NCBI GenBank assembly: GCA_000697335.1
Contig: JNEM01011261.1
Span: 1 to 56,152 of the forward strand
Direction: 5' to 3'
Source of the DNA: Conidiobolus incongruus B7586
Lineage: Eukaryota
DNA length: 56,152 nt
How positions within the stretch are numbered: position 1 is the stretch's first letter; the number at the start of each line of letters is the position of its first letter. Below the pieces are notes generated by a model that made no database searches, was not told where the DNA came from, and saw nothing but the letters and a program-made list of their open reading frames with translations. Position numbers and translations under genes: made by a program. Positions 27,995 through 39,530 of the stretch are shown piece by piece.

Positions 27995-28241
27995 CATATT
28001 ACTGTATCAATGACGATAAATCCAATAATATAATTAATTCATATATAACAATTATTTGAATCGAAAAGATGTTTTTGAACAAATTTGAATTGGTCATTAA
28101 CAATGATATTAAAAGTATATATGCGATATTTTAATTAAATATTTTTAAAGTATTTAAATAAATATTAATTTTTGTAAATAAAAATGTAATGATTGAAAAA
28201 ATAGATATTAGTCTAATAAAAAATATCGATAAAAAAGATTT

Positions 28242-28325
28242 TGCTGACAGTGAGGTTCGAACTCACGCCCCGTTACCGGGAGGGGATCTTAAGTCACCCG
28301 CCTTGGACCACTCGGCCATATCAGC
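28242..28325 (-). tRNA. tRNA-Leu (anticodon TAA)
   Basis: GCTGATA/TGTCAGC acceptor stem, TGGCCGAGTGG A-box, CTTAAGA anticodon loop, long variable arm CCCG-GTAA-CGGG, GTTCGAAC T-loop, downstream T-run. Confidence 0.95.
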
Positions 28326-28649
28326 ATATCTTAGATAGTTTAAAATAACTACTATTTTGGAAACCTCTCCAACCCTCAAATTTCTTCCAATATATATTTT
28401 TTATTTTTCATTATTAACTTATTCTACATACATTTATTTTTATTCAATTTTCTACTTAATATCAATTTATATCTATTCTTTTTCTCATCATTCTTTTCAA
28501 TATATACTCAATTTGTCTTAACAACGTAATTAATCATAAATAAACAATATATTTAATTTTTCATTATAACAAATTAATATTATAAAAAGATTTATAAAAC
28601 TTTAATGAATATCAAAATATTATAAAAAACAATCGGATAAAATATAACC

Positions 28650-29103
28650 CTAGAAATACTTCCATAAAATAATCATAACATCACCTAATGGTAATAGTGA
28701 ATGACTAAACTAAATAAATTTAATCAATGATATCGCATCAACTCAAAAATAAACTTACATTCAGCCTCCAAAATGTCAAAATCAAAAGAATCATTAATAG
28801 ATTCAAGTTACCAAACAAGCGTGCACTTCTGTGAACACTTCGAATGCCATAGAAGAACCCTGGTAGCCAAACTATAGGTATAAGGAACCCCATTAGAAAG
28901 CAGCCCCAAGCTATGTGAAAAGCGTGAGGAGGGTCGTCCTGCAAGGGTTGGCTATTATAAATGTTCACATACACTATACTGTGGTGAGCATGAGATTCGT
29001 TGTTGGGATTAGTTGGAAATGAACCATACTGATCTTGAATTTGACTACTATTGCTAGTATTAATAGGAGCGTATTGGGATGGTTGATCTGACTTTATAGA
29101 CAT
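28650..29103 (-). CDS. Small membrane protein, paralog 1 (Pro/Gln/Asn-rich N-terminus plus hydrophobic C-terminal helices); 3' exon uncertain
   Basis: MSIKSDQPSQY...IAWGCFLMGFLIPIVWLPGFFYG, highly similar to 30344-30761. GTAAGT donor at 28758. One extra base before the donor relative to paralog 2. Confidence 0.65.
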
Positions 29104-30343
29104 TTTCAATATTCTATAAAGAATAATATTAATAATTTTAAAAAAATAAGATATTCAATACAAACTAATTATTTTTTAGTTAATTTGTCATTTATACATT
29201 CTTGGATATTAAATTGTATTTATATTTCAATTCTAACTATTTACAACTCAGTATCAGACAATTCTTAAGTGCCGATCTTATGGGGAACAATAGTGGTAAT
29301 TTTAATTTGATATTTATCGTGATATTTCTATACATTAGTTCAATAAAATAAAATTAACAAATTTATGAATTTTATTTTTTAATATTCCAATAATAGTTTA
29401 TATTATAATATTCAATTTTGAATAACTTGTAAAAATGTATAGAAAAGATAATCAAAAGTATATTTAGAAATAATAGAAATTAATGTAGTATATTATTAAA
29501 TCTTGATAGCCCAAATGATAATTATTCACGCATAATCTTTATAACATCATGGTATAGTTAAAAATTATATATAAAAAATATCAACTATACATATTACAGG
29601 TCTGCTGAAAAGTAGCTTTGCAATATGGATCAAGTAGATTGGATAAAACAGGAAAAGATATCTAATGAGATAATTTTGGGAGGTTTTATTAAAATATTAA
29701 TATGTAAGGCTTGGCCCTAATCGAAATAATCATCGAGCAAATATGTGTTCAGTAGTGATTGCATAGTGTAATCAGTCTTTACGAAAATATGTTGAATCAC
29801 TGATTGCAGCTGTTGTCAAGAATTTCACATTGTACAAGAATTATGCATGGTACTTATGTGTAGTTATATTCAAAACAATGACGGATGGTTTAAGTTGAAT
29901 GGGGAGCGGACCTCCCGATCTGCAACCATATAATTGTTGAGTTATAGAATTACAAAATAGTGATAAAACATAAAATAGTTAATAAAATATTAAATAATCA
30001 CTAGTTTGGCATCTTTTCACAGTAATGTTTCTTTAAACATATTTAACGTGTGTTTCATTTGATATTATCAGCTCTTTTTGTCTGTATTTACTCTATCAAT
30101 CTGTTTTAGTTAAAAATATAATGTAAGGTACTATTATAATATTTCTAAAAATCAATCTTAAACATATATTCTTTTTGTCTCAAAATTTGATCACTCATTT
30201 TAGATAATGTATCCAATTTTCCATTAATAAAAAACAATTTTATAAAAATATTTATAAAACATAAATATTAAAATAATAAAAAAACAATCGGATAAAATAT
30301 ATTAAAACCTAAAAACGCTTCGAAAAAATATTTACTAACTCAT

Positions 30344-30761
30344 TCAAATGTGATAAAAAACAGCTAAACTAAATAAAATTAGCAACTAATATAAAATTAA
30401 CTCAAATATAAACTTACTTGTAACCAGCGAATGTTAAAAACAGAACCATCATAAACAAGTTTAAAATTCCAAACACGCGTGCACTCCTGTGAATACTTCG
30501 AATGCCATAGAAGAACCCCGGTAACCAAGCTATAGGTATAAGGAAGCCCATTAGAAAACAGCCCCAAGCTATGTCAAAAGTGTGGGGAGGGTCGTCCTGC
30601 AAGGGTTGGTTATTTTGAGTATGCACATATACTACATTATGGTGAGTACGAGGTTCGTTGTTGGGATTAGTTGGAAATGAACCATATTGACCTTGACTTT
30701 GAGTACTGTTGTTAGTATTGATAGGAGTGTATTGAGGTGGTTGATCTGACTTAGTAGACAT
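30344..30761 (-). CDS. Small membrane protein, paralog 2, with PPxY motif (intron 30369-30417)
   Basis: MSTKSDQPPQY...IAWGCFLMGFLIPIAWLPGFFYG...FAGYN LAVFYHI* after splicing a GTAAGT...GCTAAT...TTTAG intron. Confidence 0.8.
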
Positions 30762-32220
30762 TGTTTTATTTAATTAATAAACTACAAAAATAATTATCGA
30801 AATAAATTATTGAATGCAAACTAATTAATATTTAAATAATTTAAAATTACGAATTCTTAGGAATTACTCCTATTTATATTTCAATCACCATCATCTAAAA
30901 CGGGTTTCAGGTAATTATTACATCATTACCACGATTATAAATTCATTACAATTTCACCTATTCAGTTTCAGATTTTATTTCTAATCAATACCAACTATTA
31001 AAACAAGAATTTACAAAATAAAAAAATTATATCATTTAAAAGTAAATTTTTAGCGTTATATATATTTCGAATATTACTTTTTTATATAATGTTAATACTT
31101 ATAGTGCTTTAATTTTGATAATTTAGAATAACCAAATATTGGATGTAGAACTTAATTGCAATTTAAAATTTGAAACAATTTCAGTATATTGACAAATTTT
31201 ACAAGATAATAACAAGTATATATAGAGTTTAATTAAAAGAATTTAATATTTGGTTAGATATCATGAACACCTCTTTGAGAATAATACTTAAAATGTTGTA
31301 ATGCTCTAGTTAATTAAATATATCATTCAATTTTTTGACAAGTGTTCAAATTGATTGTTTTATTATGCACATAATTTTAAGATTAAAATATAGAATCATG
31401 ATGATGATTTTGTAAATAATATTGCAATAATATCTATCAATACAGGAACAATGCGCTATATTTAATGGATTTAAATTATTCAATAATATGAATATGCTTG
31501 AATATATAAAAATTAAAAATGAATACAATCATTTAAAGGTTTTCAAAATATAGAAATTGATGTTTGGTATAGAAAATAATATAAATATTCAGTTGAATGT
31601 CAATATTATGAAAAATTTTGATATATCATAATATTATTAATTTTTATTTAATATATACATATATAGATTATATTTGATAAATGAAACCACAAAAAATTTA
31701 AGTAATTAGTTTCAAAATAAAAATCAAATATAAGAATATTTTAATTAATATCTATTGATTTCAATTTTTTTAAATCACAGAAATATAGGTTGAATCACAC
31801 TAAGCAATTAATTGTTATAATAATAATAATAATAATAATATTTTAGCAAGGTTAATAATTTAGATACAAAATATTTTTCTGAAATTCAGTGAATGATAAT
31901 AATTTACTAAGTCATTAGCTATAACAAATTTTTTAAATCAATAACATAAATTTTAACTTTTTAAAATTTACCAAGTTAATAAATATTGATATATATTAGA
32001 TAACTGAATATATATTATGACAAGTTCTTTGGGAATAGTAGCAATTTATGAATTATTTAAAATTTAATTATTATTTGTATTTTTGAAAGATTTTAACAAT
32101 TTGTAACTATTAACTAATATAAGTTCTTTAATTAATATAATATTTTCTTTAATAATTTTAAATTATTATTTTAAATTTAAAAAATGGGAAATTTTTTAAT
32201 TTCTGATTTTTCAAACCCCT

Positions 32221-33792
32221 TTATATAATTTTTTATTAATACATAAATCAAAATGTTAGATTAAATTTGTAAGTGTAGTGGTAGTTAAACCAATATAATA
32301 CAGAGGAAGACTTAATATAAAAGTAGTGTGGCACAGAATGTGGCAGGGTAATATGGGATATAGCATGTGAATGTAAACAAAGTTTAATTAAGCTTCAAAC
32401 TGGGATGAGTCACTGATATATTAAGATTTATATTAGGTAGTGCCAATATACTATAATATTGACAGAATGTAGTCTCAATCCTAGAAGTAATATAAAAGAT
32501 AAGAAATAGTAAGAATTGAGAGGAAAAAGAGGAACCTAGTTTATTAGATAATTCAATGTTATTTATATAATTAATTTAGCTATAAAAGTATAAATTAACC
32601 ATATAATTTATAGTTAATTGAATTATATAGGAATATATATAAGAATTTTGTAATAAGATTAGCTAGGGGTATCAATGCCAGCTTTAATATTTCACCATAA
32701 TGGTCAGAGATATAAGTGACTATGTGATCTACAACTTTAAGGGCTATAAGGACCAGTTGGGTTGCAATGGCCATCTGATTGGGTTCATCATATGGGATTA
32801 ACTGTAAATTAGGGAGATTAGAATGAATGAGAGACATATTATAAAATTATATAATAATGAGTAAAGCTAAATAAGAAAAGAAATTGTAGCAGAATAGATT
32901 TTATTATTCAGATAAGTGAGTAGTATGGTATAACTAGTGATAAATTGGTGGGTGATTTAAGTAACACCAAGGCAAAGGGGTTATATTTGGAAGTGTTAGA
33001 TATGGGAGAGGATAGTTGGTATTAGAGTTATGAATTTTAAATATGAACCAAAATTAAGCTTCCATCATAGAAGCTACTGGTATATTTAAAGGTATTTTAA
33101 GAGTTTGCAGGGATGTGGCTGTGCAATGTGTATCCTTGTGATGATTCACAGGACTGGTTCCTTAATCTTGTTTATCTGAAGGAACAAGATATGACAAATT
33201 TAAAGAACTAGTCTCTTAACAAAATTAAATTAACTTTTTTATAAATTTTTTTAAATAAACATTTTACCATTAAATGAATATTAATTATTATAATAAATTA
33301 TGATAGTATATACTATTTTTATTTAATTCTTAAAAAAATAATAAATAGTAAATTATATTTTGTTTTTTAAAATAAAATTATTTTTGATTGGTGTCCATAA
33401 AATAATTTAAGAATACTTATTATTTTATATGATAATGGTAAATATATAAATTTAAAACTATAAAAAGCTTTTTAATTAAAAATAACTAGACAAAAAGACT
33501 ACAACTAGTATATTGTTTAGATTATAACTTATATAATTATAATTGCTTTAAGCAATTAATAATTAGCTTATAAGAAAAAAAATTTCTGCAAAAAAAAATT
33601 TAATTGATTTGTAAAACATTATATTTTGGTTCTTAATAAAAAGAACTGTTTTTTAAATGTTAAAAGTTTATTAAAAGTATGGTAAAAAGTTAATAATAAT
33701 AAAAAACTATTAAATTTATTTTATATTGTTATTTTTATATATTATATATCAAAATGTCTATTTATTTTTAATTGCAAAAAATTCCCATTATT
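32221..33792 (-). repeat. AT-rich repeat family A, copy 4 (inverted), interrupted by a solo LTR
   Basis: Joining 32221-32267 to 33227-33792 reconstitutes the reverse complement of ~5020-5640. Confidence 0.78.
32268..33221. mobile_element. Solo LTR (954 bp), family B, with 5-bp TSD AAATT
   Basis: Termini TGTAAG...CTTAACA. AAATT at 32263-32267 and 33222-33226. Second copy at 55574-55971. No CpG seen. Confidence 0.85.
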
Positions 33793-33807
33793 TAAATTTC
33801 AAAGTAA

Positions 33808-35012
33808 TACTTGGTAATATTTCAAGTATATGGTCAATTATCCAAAATAGTTATAGTATACTTTGCACCTTAGGGTGGTGGTGATGTTTCCACAGTACCA
33901 TTTAACAAAATCACCAATATTGTATACAGTTTTGGCACTTTGACTAATGCCAAAGATCCTAGCAAAATAATGTATGATCCATTTTATGATGTGCCCAAAA
34001 TGTGTCAGTTGGTGGAGGTTGGACACAGAAATAATGTTAAAGTATTATTAGCAGTGGGTGGATGGACAGGGGGCAAATATTTCCCAATAATGATGAGGAC
34101 CAAGGCGCTAAGGACGAAGTTTATAGATCAAGCTGTCATGCTGATGAAAGATCCTAAAGGCTCAAATTCCACATCGTTCGGCTTTGATGGCATTGATATT
34201 GACTGGGAATATCCTGGAGGTGGAGGTCTAGAGGGGAACGTATCCAGTCCAAGCGAATCTGCCAACCTTCTAACATTCTTAAAAGAGTTCCGAGTTCGAT
34301 TGACTTCAGAATTCTCTAAAAAAGGTAACTCATCACTGCAGCAGTTGCAACGACACCCTTCAAAGGATCCAATGGCCAGCCTTTGAAAAATGTTTGAGAG
34401 TATTTCAATTATTTAGACTATGTGAGTATCATGGCTTACGACCTGATGGTCCCGTGGTCTGCTACCACTGGTATGAATGCTCCATTGGATTATGATCCAA
34501 GGTCCAATGCTCCATTGGGTTTCAATAAAGCAATCAATGCATGGCAATCTGCAGGTTCTCCCGAGAATAAACTGGCAGCAGGTACACCAGGCTATGGTAG
34601 ATCCTTTACAGCACTATCCAAAATGCTAAATAACAAGAACAACATTTATGTTCCCAAATCTTCAACTGTACCCAAGGGAGATAGATCCGACACAAATATT
34701 TCATGTTCTCTATGCCCACCAAACAACTCATACTCAGGCATGTATGGCTATAAGCACTTGCGTCAAGACATCCTCAAATCCAACTATAAAACTTCCATTG
34801 CGCCTTGGGTTCCCACCTTTGACAGGGTCACAAAAAAGCCATGACTCTTCAATCCACGTACCAAAATGTTTATAAGTTATGACGATCCAGATTCAATTCG
34901 ATACAAAGCCCAAAGCGCGAAGCAGAAAGGCATCGCTGGTGTCATGCTTTGGGATATTAACTATGATTATAATGCCGAAATCGTCAGTGTATTGAATACT
35001 ATAAGATCTTAA
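33808..35012 (+). pseudogene. GH18 chitinase pseudogene
   Basis: KVLLAVGGW, FDGIDIDWEYPG, MAYD, ISYDD and GVMLWD motifs. Lesions: TAG at 33871 (Trp expected), 1-nt frameshift near 34328, TGA at 34395, TGA at 34842 (Trp expected). No in-frame start ATG after the adjacent repeat. Confidence 0.92.
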
Positions 35013-36390
35013 GATTATTTGGATGAAATTGTTAATAAATCATATAAATAAATTAATATAACTGAATTTATAATTAATAATAATAATAATCTAAATTTTA
35101 TATCTTAATATCATGTTGACCTATTACTAAGCTGAAAGCAATTACCCAGAATTTGAGGGTTCATAATTTTTTGATGGTTGCCTCAATTGACATAAGATTC
35201 CAATCATATATTTTCAAATCTTTTATATCTAATTTATTAGTTTAATTATCTTTTTAGAATATCTTGTTTTTAGCATTCTGAAGTCATAAGCCAATTAGTG
35301 TAAGAATTTTGCAGGATTTTTGTATAAATTAATTTAGTACATTCCATTTTGAAGGATGCACAATACTTAATGGATGTAATTGTAGCCCAAAGTTTCATAG
35401 TTTAAAAAAATTAATCCATTTAATCAAAAAGTCAAATATCAGGATTTTGGTTCAACTCTTATGAAAATATGTCACATTGCATAATTCAATACCAAATATA
35501 GTTTGAACGTATAATATATACTTGCAGTTTTTCAATATTATATTTAGATTAATAATTTCAATTTTTTAACACTCAAATTTTAAATCTATATGAATAAAAT
35601 AAATCATACATAATGAAAATGAACTTCAAGTATATTTATAATGTTGTTATATATTATATACTTTCAAATATATTCTGAAGTCAAATTTCTATTGATATAG
35701 AATTATTAATATCTGATTTTTTAATCTAAAATAATTAATATACATTTTTTGATTTATTTTGTATAATTGAAAAAAATCTTATTTTTCTAGTTTTTATTTT
35801 AAGATATATTCAATTTGAGTTTGTGAAAAGGAATATAATTTGATTCAGGATTTTGAAAGTATCGATTATTAATAATATATTCCTCATCAATAATTAACTT
35901 GATATTTTGTTGTTTTTTATTATTTTATTGGTCAAATTCTGGGGTTTTGAAAAATTCAATTTCTCACTTGTTAAGTGAAATGCAAATCATATATACACTC
36001 ATATATTTATATAATATAATAGGATATTCTAATAATCTGATGCTTTGATTATGATATTCATTTTCCTGATCTCTAATATAAGCTTAAATACATCGATTGA
36101 AATATTTATCAATAATAATTGATATTAGCAGAAAAATGTTATCTAAAATTCTTTTATGCTTTCCAAATATTTCTAAATTACTGATAAATATTTTATTAAA
36201 ACCGTAATGAACTACTTTTCCCCCAATTATATTAATTAATTAAACACTTTTCTGCAATAATTTAAATTTTGAAAAATTAAAAATTTATCAATTTGGGATA
36301 ATTCAAATCAACTAGGTCTATATATCAAACCATGAAAAAAGATCAGCTATAAAAAAATAATATTTGTAAATAAATCGAATATGTAGCTTT

Positions 36391-37317
36391 ATGATATTAA
36401 GATATATGTTGGGTAACTTGAATGTATTGTACAACTAAGTATATGAAGATGCTAGACCTTTTAATATTATTACTAATATAGGTCAAAACAATTTGGCCAT
36501 TTTTCATTACATAATCAACGCTGCCCTATTAATCTTAATCTTGAGATCAAAATAGTTTATATTTACTATATGCATCAAAATTGCCATATTGATAATTGTA
36601 TTTAATTTGAGAAGAGCTATCTACATCTTCTTAAACTTAATATTCTATCTTGCTCATAATAATTGGATGGTCATCTATAAATTGAAATAAGATTTCAATG
36701 GGTTTATCAATGTATTTTTCTATATTAATTCAATTATCAGTGTTGGAATTATGCTTAGAAATATATTTGTTAGTTATAAATGAAATTATTCAGATCGATT
36801 GTACCATAAAATTATTTTGCTACAGATGAGTTTTAATATAATTGTTTCTGCTTAATCTTTGTTCATGAATGAGCATAGTTTAAATAGAATTATAATATAT
36901 TGTAAATTCGAAGTTATTTCGAAGAGCAATATATTACGTTCTCTATCAATTCAGGTATAGATAGGTATTTCTCTTCTATTTATTTTTGTTTGATACACTA
37001 TGATATGTCTGTGTATATGGGTGCAAAATCAATAAACTGACTAGAATCAGGTTTAGATCATGTCGAAGTTAAAAACATAGTGAATTTAACTATTATCAAA
37101 ATCCTGTTAACTATAATAGCAAGTGTCTTGACTAATGACCACTACATTATAGTATTTTTATCGAATTAATTTCCAGCTTATCCTTATACGTGTTACTGCC
37201 ATTACATCAACTAGAATGATTAATCTGGGTGTATTATCAAATGCAGGTTTTTTATTGAATATGAAACGAGAATTGCTTACTGAGATCAAAAAGGTACACA
37301 GACTTCAAGTAAAATAA
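36391..37317 (+). pseudogene. 7TM/GPCR-like pseudogene 1
   Basis: Broken frames give INAALLILI, FFYINSIISVGI, LESGLDHVEVKNIVNLTIIK and NAGFLLNMKRELL, collinear with 38626-39530. Confidence 0.68.
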
Positions 37318-38625
37318 TATTGATGATTTTTCTATACAATATTCAAAATTTAGATTATATATGTATATGATGTATTGATTTTTATTATGTGTAATTGAAA
37401 TAAATTATTTTTTTGAAATTTTTAATATAATAACATCAATATTTAAGAGCACTTGAAAATTTATTGAAACTTGAACATGAAAAATTAATTATTCACTATC
37501 ATAAATATTAATTTCTAATTTTTATTTTAATACATAAATATGTAATTTTAAATATTGGATAATTCATAATATAATTTTAATTGTTATCAAAAATAGTCAA
37601 TAATTCTAATTAGCGTATATATCATTGAATTTTAGAAAAATTATATATATATTACTGTATAATTATTAAATAAGGAACTTATAATCAAAAAATTTAATTT
37701 AAATTTTTGATATAAAAAATGGGGTATCAAATTTCCAAGATATTTTTTCAGAATGTGTTCCTGAAACATCTCATAATTTTATAATCAATATTATCTTAAT
37801 ATATGAATAATTTTTTATCCTTTCTTAAAGTATAAGTGTTTTATTATTTAAATAAAATTATCAAATCTTCAGATAAAATTGGAAAATACGATATTAAATT
37901 AGTACAAGAGCAATTTATTTTGAGTAGAAATTTAAAATATGGCATCCAAATTCGCAGTTTTGGAGGTGAAAGTTAATTTGGAAATTTATTCATTAATGAT
38001 TTAATTGATTTGAATTAGCATAAACTTACTGATTTAAAATAATTATACATTTAACTATAATAATAAAATATCCTCACCTTATTCATTTAATTGAAATTAT
38101 TTGATAAAAATTTTAAAAATTATGGATCAAAATATTCATCTTAAATAATCATGATATAAGGGAAATATATCCGCATTAAAATGCACCACAAATAAACTAC
38201 ATTTAATACCTAATTGTTAAATTTTTGTAATACAGAGAGCATTATTTTAATTAATTCAATTCATAGTGTTGATTATATTTTTCCGAACTTATTTTTAATT
38301 ATTATCAATTTATATTAACTAAAAGAGATAATTTTAATTTTTTACTATTGTGATGAAATAATAAATTTCATAGTTTGGATTATTTTAAAACATGAAAAAA
38401 GATTATTTATCCTTCACAAGACGCTATACTATATAATGATTTTTAACTTGGTACTTGAATGAGAAATGTTTGAAATCGACTAAATATATTGATTATTAAT
38501 TATTTAAATTGTTATTCTAAGTAAAGCCAATTTCAATCAAATACATATGATTAACTATGAATTAATGAAGACACGATATGAAAAGAATAGAATGATTTAT
38601 TATATTTTCGAATATTTTGAATTTC

Positions 38626-39530
38626 ATGAAGGAGATTACTGATAAATTTTACCATCAGATTTATGAGAGTGCTTACCCATATATTTTTGCCGATGTATTT
38701 CAAGTCATTTTGGCTGTTCTGTGTACTTTAATCAATATCCCTCTATTAATCGTGATATTTAAAATCAAATGGCGTAGACTGACAATCGATACAAAAAATT
38801 GCTACTTTTGTGATTTTATTTGATTTGGAAGCAGCTATTGGCACCTTTTTAAACATTATATCTAATCTTGCTTACAATAGTTAGATGGTCAACTCGAAAT
38901 GGAAGTGTAATGTAAATTAGTTTGTTAGCGTGTTTTTCTACATTAATTCTATTATCATGGTTGGAATGTTAAGTTTAGGAACATGTCTGTTGATTGTTTA
39001 CTCACTAGTGTATCCCGAGAGTTTTTATTACAGGATTATCTTGTTACAAGTGAGTTTTAATATTGTGTTTTTGTACAATCTTCGATAATCGACTTGTTTT
39101 AATTCCAATAGGGATATGCTGTTTATTTGATATTACCTCGACGGAGGTAGAGTAGGATCGCTATTAGCTGCAATATCAATGAGTACTTCTTTCATGTTCA
39201 TATTCGTTGCATGCACCAAGCCATGTCTTCACAGAAGAGAGGAAAGCCAAAAAGCTCAACTCTAGTTAAGTTCAAACCCTGTGGAAGTGAGAAAGGAAGT
39301 TAATTCTACAATCATGAAGTCTCCATCCGTTGTCATACTCAGCGGCTTAACCAATACTCCTTACCCTAGTATTTTTATACAATTAATTTCTAATTCTTTC
39401 CTCACACATATGACTGTTACTATCACATCTATAATTATCAATTTTAATTTGTTATTAAATGCGGTTTTTATTAAACATAAAACCTGAATTCTATAAATAA
39501 GTAAAAATATTATTAGGGTTTCAAACTAAG
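38626..39530 (+). pseudogene. 7TM/GPCR-like pseudogene 2
   Basis: Hydrophobic segments with TM1 Asn (LINIPLL), TM2 Asp (ILFDL), KWKCN, SIIMVGMLSL..CLLIV, PIGICCLFD and NPVEVRKEVNSTIMKS. Frameshift near 38795 and several stops. Confidence 0.72.

Noticed and set aside
32595..32837. 80-aa minus ORF
   Set aside because: Lies inside a solo LTR and is mostly deleted in the second copy.
32183..33790. Apparent TIR AATGGGAA(A)TTTTTT bracketing repeat A copy 4
   Set aside because: The longer copy at 5020-6175 continues ~500 bp beyond this point without the motif, and there is no TSD. Likely chance in AT-rich DNA.
33871..34844. Stops at Trp positions in the chitinase suggesting stop-codon reassignment
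   Set aside because: The same gene has a frameshift, intact genes use TGG for Trp and end at standard stops, and G>A transitions explain the stops.
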